Of a stretch of 64,000 nt of DNA, positions 57,129 to 64,000 are shown in pieces. Position 1 is the first letter of the stretch. Every line of letters begins with the position of its first letter. Under the pieces are notes generated by a model, which did no database searches, was not told the origin of the DNA, and saw nothing but the letters and a program-made list of their open reading frames with translations. Both the position numbers and the translations under genes were made by a program. Location of the stretch: contig JAAYKO010000040.1 of assembly GCA_012522345.1 (NCBI GenBank), positions 386 to 64,385 on the forward strand, written 5' to 3'. This stretch comes from Acholeplasmataceae bacterium (GTDB taxonomy: Bacteria > Bacillota_I > Bacilli_A > Acholeplasmatales > UBA5453).

Positions 57129-57904
57129 TATATTTCTCCTGATTCTCGCTGATAAATCTCAAAAAAAACATCTTCTAAAATTCCTTGTTCTTTAAGATTA
57201 GCAACATCATCCTCTAAAACTAAGCGTCCATCGACAATAATTCCTACTCGATCACAAATTCTTTCAACTAAAGAAAATATATGCGTTGAAATAATCATTG
57301 TATAATTTTGTTCTTTTAATTCTAAGAGAAAATCAATAACTATTTTGGCAACTAAAACATCTAACCCATTTGTTGGTTCATCAAAGATAATTATTTTCGG
57401 ATCGTGAGCAAGCGAAATCGCTAGCGATGCTTTTTGTTTCATCCCAGAAGATAAATCTCCCACTTTAACCTCTTTAAAATCTGTGACATCAAATCTATCG
57501 AACAACATCTTTTTGCGTTTTTCTCTCGTATCAGGGTCAACGCCATGTAAATCACTATAAAAATTATATAAAAAATTAGGCGTGAAAAATTCTTCAAGTT
57601 TCAATTCACTCGTTAAAAAACCTATTTTCCGCCTGACCTCTAACGGTTCTTTTAAAGCATCAATTCCAGCAACAAAAATTTGTCCCTCATTAGGCTTAAT
57701 CAAGGTTGAAATCAATCTTAAAGCGGTTGTTTTACCCGCACCGTTGGGGCCTAAAAGACCATATATTTCGCCTTCGTAAACTTTTAAAGATACTTGATTA
57801 ACAGCTGTAAGCAACTTTTCTGAAGTTTTGTTTATTTTGCGCTGTTTTTTGGAAAGAATAAATCTTTTTGTTAGATCCCTTAATTCAATAACACTATCCA
57901 TCAC
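57128..57904 (-). CDS. ABC transporter ATP-binding protein (NatA-like)
   Basis: Walker A GPNGAGKTT, signature LSSGMKQK, Walker B IIIFDEP. Confidence 0.9.
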   Translation of the reverse strand: MMDSVIELRDLTKRFILSKKQRKINKTSEKLLTAVNQVSLKVYEGEIYGLLGPNGAGKTTALRLISTLIKPNEGQIFVAGIDALKEPLEVRRKIGFLTSELKLEEFFTPNFLYNFYSDLHGVDPDTREKRKKMLFDRFDVTDFKEVKVGDLSSGMKQKASLAISLAHDPKIIIFDEPTNGLDVLVAKIVIDFLLELKEQNYTMIISTHIFSLVERICDRVGIIVDGRLVLEDDVANLKEQGILEDVFFEIYQRESGEI

Positions 57905-58049
57905 TTCGCTCCTTTTAAAATATTTCGCAACGTTCTCATTATAACACTTTAATTTTAAATTTTAAAGGACTAATTGCTATTTATTATAAATAACTTAACT
58001 TTAATTTATATTTTATTAAATAAATATATCGATGTTCTTAAACTTTTTG

Positions 58050-58076
58050 AAAAAAAAAGACCAAGAGGTCTTTTTT
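58050..58076 (-). terminator. Intrinsic terminator after hup
   Basis: The minus strand reads AAAAGACC-TCTT-GGTCTTTT followed by a T-run. Confidence 0.8.
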
Positions 58077-58084
58077 ATCAAAAC

Positions 58085-58360
58085 TTAGGATTTTACAGCA
58101 TCCTTTAGGCCTTTTCCAGCTCTAAACGCTGGTGTTTTTTGGGCTGGGATGTGAATAGCTTCACCAGTTCTTGGGTCTCTACCGCTTCTTGCAACACGGT
58201 CTCTTACTTCAAATGTTCCAAATCCAGTAATGACAACTTTTTCTCCACCGGCTAATGTTTCAGCAATGGTATCTGTAATTGCCGCTAAAACTAATTCCGC
58301 ATCCTTTTTGGTTACTTCTGCTTTTTCTGCAACAACTGCAATTAGTTCTGTTTTGTTCAT
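58085..58360 (-). CDS. hup: DNA-binding protein HU
   Basis: 91 aa. MNKTELIAVVAEKAEVTKKDAE...GFGTFEVRDRVARSGRDPRTGEAIHIPA... Confidence 0.96.
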   Translation of the reverse strand: MNKTELIAVVAEKAEVTKKDAELVLAAITDTIAETLAGGEKVVITGFGTFEVRDRVARSGRDPRTGEAIHIPAQKTPAFRAGKGLKDAVKS

Positions 58361-58391
58361 GTCGAACCTCCTTTTTAATCATTATGTAGCC

Positions 58392-58420
58392 ATTATATCA
58401 CTTAAACTATGATATTGCAA
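58392..58420 (-). promoter_or_regulatory. Near-consensus sigma-A promoter of hup
   Basis: The minus strand reads TTGCAA, a 17-nt spacer, then TATAAT, about 25 nt upstream of the RBS AAAGGAGG. Confidence 0.6.
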
Positions 58421-58500
58421 CGTTTTTTATTATTTTTACATTTAATACGATAACTATGCACGTGAAAGCGTTTTTTAGGCTGTTTTTTGAAATGGTTTAG

Positions 58501-59499
58501 TTATTCAATTTTTTCCTCTTTTAATTCACTTGAAAGAATATTTGTTAAAGCTTCACTTATTGACATTTTATTAAAAATCACTTCATAAGCATAACAAATT
58601 ATCGGCAAATATATTCCTTCTTTTTTAGCTAAATGATAGAGAGCTTTAATCGAGCGGAATCCTTCAATTGTTTGCGGTTCTTGAGCATAGATTTCATCAA
58701 TAGACAAACCTTCGCCGATTCTTTTACCTGCCCTAAAGTTTCTCGAGTGTTCGCTACTTGCGGTTACAATTAAATCACCTATTCCGGTCAATCCAAACAC
58801 CGTTTCTTTATTTCCACCATAATACTCTACAATTCGAGCTATTTCTAAAATTCCTCTTGTTATTAAGGCAGCTCGGGCATTTTCTCCCATTCCGTAGCCT
58901 GTTGAAATCCCACTGACAACTGCAATTGCGTTTTTTGCTGCACCACCAACCTCTGAACCAGTAACATCAAATGAAGTATAAACTCGCATATAAGTGTTAT
59001 TGGAAAATATTTCTTGAATAGTTTTAGAAAGTTTTTCGTTTTCTGAGGCAGCTGTCAAGAGAGTAATTTTTCGCTTAATCACTTCTTCCGCATGACTTGG
59101 TCCTGTCAATACTGCATAGCCAGCCAAATACTTTGGATCTATCTCTTCTTCAACTAATTGACTAATCCTTTTTCCACTCTCTGGCTCTAAGCCTTTCGAG
59201 ACATCAATAAAATAAGTCTTTTTTGTTAAAAGAGCGTTGATCTGTTGTAAAACTGGCCGCATCACTCTTGTCGGAATTGCCAAAATTAAATAAGTGACTT
59301 TACTAGTTACAGCAGATAGATTGGTAGTTGCTTCTATTGAACTCGGTAACTCTACATTAAAAAAAGGATGTTGCCGATTATTGATTTTTTCAACATTTTT
59401 GATGTTGATATCATAAATAATAACTCGATGTCCATTATCTACTAAAAGTTGCGCTAAAGTGCTTCCCCATGCGCCGCCGCCAATAATGCCAATTAACAT
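58501..59499 (-). CDS. gpsA: NAD(P)H-dependent glycerol-3-phosphate dehydrogenase
   Basis: Rossmann motif IGGGAWGSTLA. 332 aa. Conserved der-gpsA synteny. Confidence 0.95.
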   Translation of the reverse strand: MLIGIIGGGAWGSTLAQLLVDNGHRVIIYDINIKNVEKINNRQHPFFNVELPSSIEATTNLSAVTSKVTYLILAIPTRVMRPVLQQINALLTKKTYFIDVSKGLEPESGKRISQLVEEEIDPKYLAGYAVLTGPSHAEEVIKRKITLLTAASENEKLSKTIQEIFSNNTYMRVYTSFDVTGSEVGGAAKNAIAVVSGISTGYGMGENARAALITRGILEIARIVEYYGGNKETVFGLTGIGDLIVTASSEHSRNFRAGKRIGEGLSIDEIYAQEPQTIEGFRSIKALYHLAKKEGIYLPIICYAYEVIFNKMSISEALTNILSSELKEEKIE

Positions 59500-59500
59500 T

Positions 59501-60808
59501 TTACTCGCTCCTTTTTCTAAATATCAGTTTAATTGGGGTTCCTGTAAAATCAAAAACTTCTCGCAATTTATTTTCTAAATATCTTTTGTAAGAAAAATGT
59601 ACAAAGTTGGGGTTATTAACAAAAATAACAAAAGTTGGTGGTTTAACTGCAACTTGGGTCATATAGTAAAAGTTTGCTAAATTCTTTTTATACATTTTTG
59701 GTGGTACCAATGATGTCATATCATTTAAAAAATTATTTAAAACTGGTGTTTTTAAAGTTTTGTTGTAGTTTTGATAAGCCTTTTGAATCGCAGTAAATAT
59801 TGTTTCAATCCGTTGATTAAGCAAACTTGAAACAAAACAAATTTCCGCAAATGGTAAAAATTGAAATTCTTCTCTCACCATTTTCTCATAGTTTTGCATT
59901 GCTTTGCTATCTTTTTCAACTAAATCCCACTTATTTACAACAATTACACATCCTTTACTATATTCAGTAATCAGACCTGCAACATGTTTATCTTGGTTGA
60001 TCAAATCCCGCGAAGCATCAATTAAAAATAAGACTATATCACTTCTTTCTGTCGCTTGAAGTGCTCTAAGAAGAGCATAACGATCTGTTGATTGATAAAT
60101 TTGTCCTCGTTTTTTAATTCCCGCGGTGTCTACTATCGTATATTTCTCGCCATCACGAGTAAACTTAGTGTCGATTGCATCTCTTGTTGTTCCTGCTATT
60201 TCTGAGACAATAACCCTCTGTTCACCTAAAATAGTGTTGACAAGGCTTGATTTTCCAACATTAGGATAACCAATTACCGCAAGTTTAATTGTGTCCATTT
60301 CCTCTTTTTGGCTTTCTTTAGGCATCAGTTCGACAATCTTGTCTAAAACGTCACCAAAGCCAATTCCATGTAGAGCTGAGACGGCAAATGGATCGCCAAA
60401 CCCTAAACTGTAAAAATCATAGATTAAATTGACCATCTCTTTATTGTCGACTTTATTGACCAAAACTAAAACAGGTTTTTGATAGCTATAAAGGATTTTT
60501 GCGATTTGACTATCTATCTCTGTAAGACCAGCTCTTGAATCAACAACAAATAAAATAAGACTTGCTTCATCGACCGCAAACAAGGCTTGTTGTTTAACTT
60601 GTTCTAAAAAAGGAGCATCGCCAATGTCGATGCCCCCAGTATCTATCAGACCAAAGGATTTAGTTAACCATGTTGCCCGAGCATAGATTCTATCTCTAGT
60701 CACTCCAGGCATTTCATCTGTTATCGCCTTACGATCTCCAATCATTCGATTAAAGATACTAGATTTTCCTACGTTCGGTCTGCCAACAATTGCAACATTA
60801 AATGGCAT
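59501..60808 (-). CDS. der: Ribosome biogenesis GTPase Der (EngA)
   Basis: Two tandem G domains (GRPNVGKSS and GYPNVGKSS) plus a KH-like C-terminus. Confidence 0.96.
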   Translation of the reverse strand: MPFNVAIVGRPNVGKSSIFNRMIGDRKAITDEMPGVTRDRIYARATWLTKSFGLIDTGGIDIGDAPFLEQVKQQALFAVDEASLILFVVDSRAGLTEIDSQIAKILYSYQKPVLVLVNKVDNKEMVNLIYDFYSLGFGDPFAVSALHGIGFGDVLDKIVELMPKESQKEEMDTIKLAVIGYPNVGKSSLVNTILGEQRVIVSEIAGTTRDAIDTKFTRDGEKYTIVDTAGIKKRGQIYQSTDRYALLRALQATERSDIVLFLIDASRDLINQDKHVAGLITEYSKGCVIVVNKWDLVEKDSKAMQNYEKMVREEFQFLPFAEICFVSSLLNQRIETIFTAIQKAYQNYNKTLKTPVLNNFLNDMTSLVPPKMYKKNLANFYYMTQVAVKPPTFVIFVNNPNFVHFSYKRYLENKLREVFDFTGTPIKLIFRKRSE

Positions 60809-60835
60809 TTTATCACACTACTTTATTATCTTGTC

Positions 60836-62266
60836 TTATTCTTCTTCACTCTCTAATACTTCTGCAAATAAGTCTCCAATTGTAGTTGTTTCATCAGTTT
60901 CGTCAACCAAATATTTTTCATATTCGCTTTTCTCTGCAACAATTTCAGCTTGTCTAATTGAAAGTCTTAAATGCCATCTTTTAGGATTTACATCCGTGAC
61001 AAGTGCTTTAAGTTTATCTCCCGCTGCGAACAATTTTTCAGGCTCTGTTACCCTTTGCCGCGAAAGTTCATTTAAAGGAATAAAACCGTTGACTCCTTTT
61101 GCTTCTACTGTAACTCCTTGTTCAGCAACTTCAACTACTTTACATTCAACCTCTTCACCGCGTTTAAACGAAACATCTTTCCAAGGATTATCTAACAATA
61201 ATCTTCTCGACAAACTTATTTTATTGCGTTTTGGTTCAATTAGCGTGATAACAGTTTCCACTTTATCGCCAATTTTAACATAACTTTGGAAATTATCATC
61301 CGGATTCCAAGAGTATTCACTGCGGTGCAATAAACCTCTAACTTGTTCTTTAAGTTCTAAAATTATTCCAAACGGCAATTTTTGAACAACTTCACCAATG
61401 ACAGTATCCCCCTTTTTATGCTTTTCAACAAAAGTTTCAAAAGGCGTTGGCAATAAAGCTTTAATTGATAAATCTAAAGAACGATCTTTTTTAATAACTT
61501 TAACAGTTACTGTATCGCCAACTTTTAACACATCTTTTATATCTTCAACTCTAGTATGTTTGATTTGAGAAATTCTTAATCTTCCAGCAACATTATTAAA
61601 TCTAATTAATGCCATGTGTCTTTCAATTCTTTCAACTCTACCGGTTAAGACATCACCAGTATTAATGCTTTCAAATTCCTCTTCTCTTAACTGTTGACGC
61701 TCTTCGCGCTCTTTAATTCTTCTCTCTTCAAAGATTTTTTTCCTTGAAGCAATAATTCTGGGGCGCTTACCAGGTTTAACTTCAATAATATGGACATCCA
61801 AATCTGTCCCTTTTAATTCAGCTTTTTTCTCCACAAGCTCATTATCTAAAAGACCATAAGGTAGAAAAGCAGAAAAACTGAGCACTTGTAAATGTAGTCC
61901 ACGACTGTCTACTCTTGTAACTTTAACATTAATTATTTCTTCGTTTTTGTAAATTTCTTTTACTTTTTCATATTCTTCATGTCTGACAATCGCATTTCGG
62001 TCAAGCAAAATTGAACTAATATCATCAGTTTCTGTTATTTGAGAAACAATTGCTTCAATTTTATCTCCCTCTTTTACTTCGTCGATAAAACTGTCAATTT
62101 TTTTCCCAAAATGATTGCGATACATTTTCGCTTCTGCATTATTTTCAAGTGTAATATAGATTAAATCCTCTTCCACTTTAAAAATAGTACCTGTAACTTT
62201 CTGTCCCCGTTTAACTCGCTTTATTACAACGTCTTCCATTGTAATCTCATTTTTCTCTTTTGCCAT
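60836..62266 (-). CDS. rpsA: 30S ribosomal protein S1 homolog
   Basis: 476 aa with several S1/OB repeats (G..V.G.V motifs) and an acidic tail. The RBS AAAGGAGA lies 6 nt before the ATG at 62266, which overlaps the cmk 3' end by 20 nt. Confidence 0.9.
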   Translation of the reverse strand: MAKEKNEITMEDVVIKRVKRGQKVTGTIFKVEEDLIYITLENNAEAKMYRNHFGKKIDSFIDEVKEGDKIEAIVSQITETDDISSILLDRNAIVRHEEYEKVKEIYKNEEIINVKVTRVDSRGLHLQVLSFSAFLPYGLLDNELVEKKAELKGTDLDVHIIEVKPGKRPRIIASRKKIFEERRIKEREERQQLREEEFESINTGDVLTGRVERIERHMALIRFNNVAGRLRISQIKHTRVEDIKDVLKVGDTVTVKVIKKDRSLDLSIKALLPTPFETFVEKHKKGDTVIGEVVQKLPFGIILELKEQVRGLLHRSEYSWNPDDNFQSYVKIGDKVETVITLIEPKRNKISLSRRLLLDNPWKDVSFKRGEEVECKVVEVAEQGVTVEAKGVNGFIPLNELSRQRVTEPEKLFAAGDKLKALVTDVNPKRWHLRLSIRQAEIVAEKSEYEKYLVDETDETTTIGDLFAEVLESEEE

Positions 62267-62924
62267 GATAGGTCTCCTTTTTAACTATTTCATTAATAAT
62301 TACTTGCACTGTGTCTTCAATACTATAATCTGTTGTATCAACTATAATTGCATCTTTAGGTATGATTAACGGCGATGCCTTTCGTGTTGAATCTTTTAAG
62401 TCCCGCATTTCAATATCTTTTATTACTGTAAGCAGATCAATCTCTAAACCCTTTTGGTGAAGTTCAAGCATTCTTCGTTTCGCTCTTTCTTCAACATTAG
62501 CAGTTAAAAATATTTTTAAATCTGCATCAACTAAGACAACACTTCCGATATCTCTACCATCCATTATAACATTTTTACCATTTGCTGCTTGTTTTTGGAT
62601 TTTAACTAAGTGTTTTCTAACAGTTGGAAAACTCGATACTTTGGAAACATTTTTAGTAACTTTGTCGCTTCTAATCTTTTCAGTTACATCTTCACCATTT
62701 GCATATATTTTATCATTGGTGTAATTTATTTTAACCATTTCAACAAAATCATAAGCTTGTTCATCATCTAAATCAATACCTTCTTTTAAGGCGACATATG
62801 TAATTGCCCGATACATCGCACCAGTATCGATATGAATTAAATTAAGCTCCTCTGCAACCCTTTTACTAATCGTCGATTTTCCACTACCAGCGGGGCCATC
62901 TATTGCAACATGAAAATTGGGCAT
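62247..62924 (-). CDS. cmk: Cytidylate kinase
   Basis: MPNFHVAIDGPAGSGKST... The ATG at 62924 follows the RBS GGAGG. The track start at 62948 adds 8 residues. Confidence 0.95.
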   Translation of the reverse strand: MPNFHVAIDGPAGSGKSTISKRVAEELNLIHIDTGAMYRAITYVALKEGIDLDDEQAYDFVEMVKINYTNDKIYANGEDVTEKIRSDKVTKNVSKVSSFPTVRKHLVKIQKQAANGKNVIMDGRDIGSVVLVDADLKIFLTANVEERAKRRMLELHQKGLEIDLLTVIKDIEMRDLKDSTRKASPLIIPKDAIIVDTTDYSIEDTVQVIINEIVKKETYHGKREK

Positions 62925-62995
62925 AAAAACCTCCGTATTTTCTACCATTATAACATTTATATTTTTAAATTGCTATTTATTATTGTTTTAAAATC

Positions 62996-63718
62996 TCACT
63001 TTTTCTTGTTTGCGTATAGCTTTTTGACTTCATGAATTTTTAGCTCACGATAACTCCCTCGCTTTATTCCTTTAAGTGTTAAAAAATCAAAACCTATTCT
63101 TGTCAAACTTTTTACTGGATAGCCAACCGCTTCAAACATCTTTTTTACTTGTTGATTTTTTCCTTCAATTAAAACTATTTCAACTAAAGAAGACTTTTGC
63201 TGAACATTGTGTTCTTTAACTCTAACTAATGTTGATCTACTTTGATAGTTCTCAATTTCAACACCTTGTTTTAAAGTTTTTATCGCTTGCCTACTAATCA
63301 AACCTTCAACTCTTGCTAAATATGTTTTAGGAACCTCATATTCAGGCCTTGTCAAAAGATAAGTTAGTTGGCCATCGTTGGTCAACAATATCGCTCCAGC
63401 AGTATCATAATCAAGCCTCCCGACAGGAAATATTCGTTTTTGCTTGTCCGCTTCTAAAAGGAAGTCAAGCACTGTTTTTCTTCCTTTTTCATCTGCAACA
63501 GAACTAATAACTCCGCGTGGCTTGTTGAGTAAATAATAAACTAAATGTTCTTTTTCTATCTTCATCCCCTGATAAGCTACAAGATCATTTTCTTTAACAT
63601 AATATCCTGGTTCACTAACAATTTCTCCATTGATTGTTATTTTACCAGCAGCGATTATCTCTTTGCTGCTTCTTCTCGATGCTACTCCCGCTTGAGCTAA
63701 ATACTTATCTAATCTCAT
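62996..63718 (-). CDS. rluB: RsuA/RluB-family 23S rRNA pseudouridine synthase
   Basis: S4 domain MRLDKYLAQAGVASRR and catalytic GRLDYDTAGAILLTNDG. Confidence 0.9.
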   Translation of the reverse strand: MRLDKYLAQAGVASRRSSKEIIAAGKITINGEIVSEPGYYVKENDLVAYQGMKIEKEHLVYYLLNKPRGVISSVADEKGRKTVLDFLLEADKQKRIFPVGRLDYDTAGAILLTNDGQLTYLLTRPEYEVPKTYLARVEGLISRQAIKTLKQGVEIENYQSRSTLVRVKEHNVQQKSSLVEIVLIEGKNQQVKKMFEAVGYPVKSLTRIGFDFLTLKGIKRGSYRELKIHEVKKLYANKKK

Positions 63719-63822
63719 GATTTACCACCCGAATAATTATATCATATTACAACTACAAAAAAACAATTAAACCTTTCACAATAAAAAGTCATTATTTTAA
63801 ATCAATTAGACCTTTAAATTTA

Positions 63823-64000
63823 TCATTTTTTTGTTGAAACAATTTTTTTGTTAGCTCTTTCGCGAATTTTTTCTTTATTTTGTTTTAGTTTTTTTTGAAT
63901 TGAATCAACCTGTTTTTGCTTTTGAATAATCAATGTTTTTTTCTGTTTATCAAAACTTTCCTCTTCTTGCTTAACATAGCTTTTCGCTTTATTCTCTTTT
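63823..64000 (-). CDS. 3' end of a K/E/Q-rich protein; the 5' end lies outside the window
   Basis: My own translation of the minus strand gives ...KENKAKSYVKQEEESFDKQKKTLIIQKQKQVDSIQKKLKQNKEKIRERANKKIVSTKK, ending with TGA at 63823-63825. No family recognised. Confidence 0.4.
   Translation of the reverse strand, partial: KENKAKSYVKQEEESFDKQKKTLIIQKQKQVDSIQKKLKQNKEKIRERANKKIVSTKK

Noticed and set aside
60831-61283. 150-aa plus-strand ORF rich in Ser/Thr/Leu (MSYSSSLSNTSANKSPIVVVSS...).
   Set aside because: It lies entirely antisense to the well-supported S1 gene. Its low-complexity composition is the expected mirror of a K/E/D-rich gene in AT-rich DNA, and there is no RBS.

Overview
A 64 kb, visibly AT-rich chromosomal segment from a low-GC Firmicutes/Tenericutes-type bacterium. 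It uses the standard genetic code: TGA ends several conserved proteins at their expected lengths, so this is not a code-4 Mycoplasma or Spiroplasma. Gene content and surface-protein architecture suggest an Acholeplasma-like or Erysipelotrichia-like organism, but that is inference only.

About 63 protein genes are present, roughly 85% on the minus strand and tightly packed, with many 4-11 nt overlaps. Most are core housekeeping genes in Bacillus-like synteny:
- ptsH, uppP, queA-ruvB-ruvA, glpK
- obg/rpmA/prp/rplU, radC, valS-folC
- engB-lon-tig, copZA, a small alarmone synthetase, ogt
- ackA, pncA/pncB, rdgB, hup
- gpsA-der-rpsA-cmk-rluB

I saw no rRNA, tRNA, CRISPR array, transposase, integrase or prophage genes.

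Three cis-regulatory RNAs can be read directly from the sequence: a ydaO-type c-di-AMP riboswitch, a Val-specific T-box, and a possible L21 leader. There is also a CIRCE-like operator upstream of lon and several clean intrinsic terminators.

The non-routine content is:
1. A c-di-AMP riboswitch-controlled CPA2 antiporter that lacks an RCK domain and is flanked by two paralogous PII-like mini-proteins.
2. A 1002-aa TPR/GAF protein ending in GGDEF and EAL domains that both look catalytically dead.
3. A GT4 glycosyltransferase fused to a PlsC-type acyltransferase.
4. A monocistronic 1206-aa all-coiled-coil protein.
5. A membrane-anchored PTS EIIB-like domain with Val in place of the active-site Cys, translationally coupled to HPr.
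6. A disrupted cardiolipin synthase.
7. A Val T-box that drives a GNAT gene ahead of valS.
8. An ankyrin-repeat protein beside a CPBP protease and an ABC-2 exporter.

All family calls come from reading motifs in the translations. No database search or computation was run, and comparison motifs are quoted from memory.
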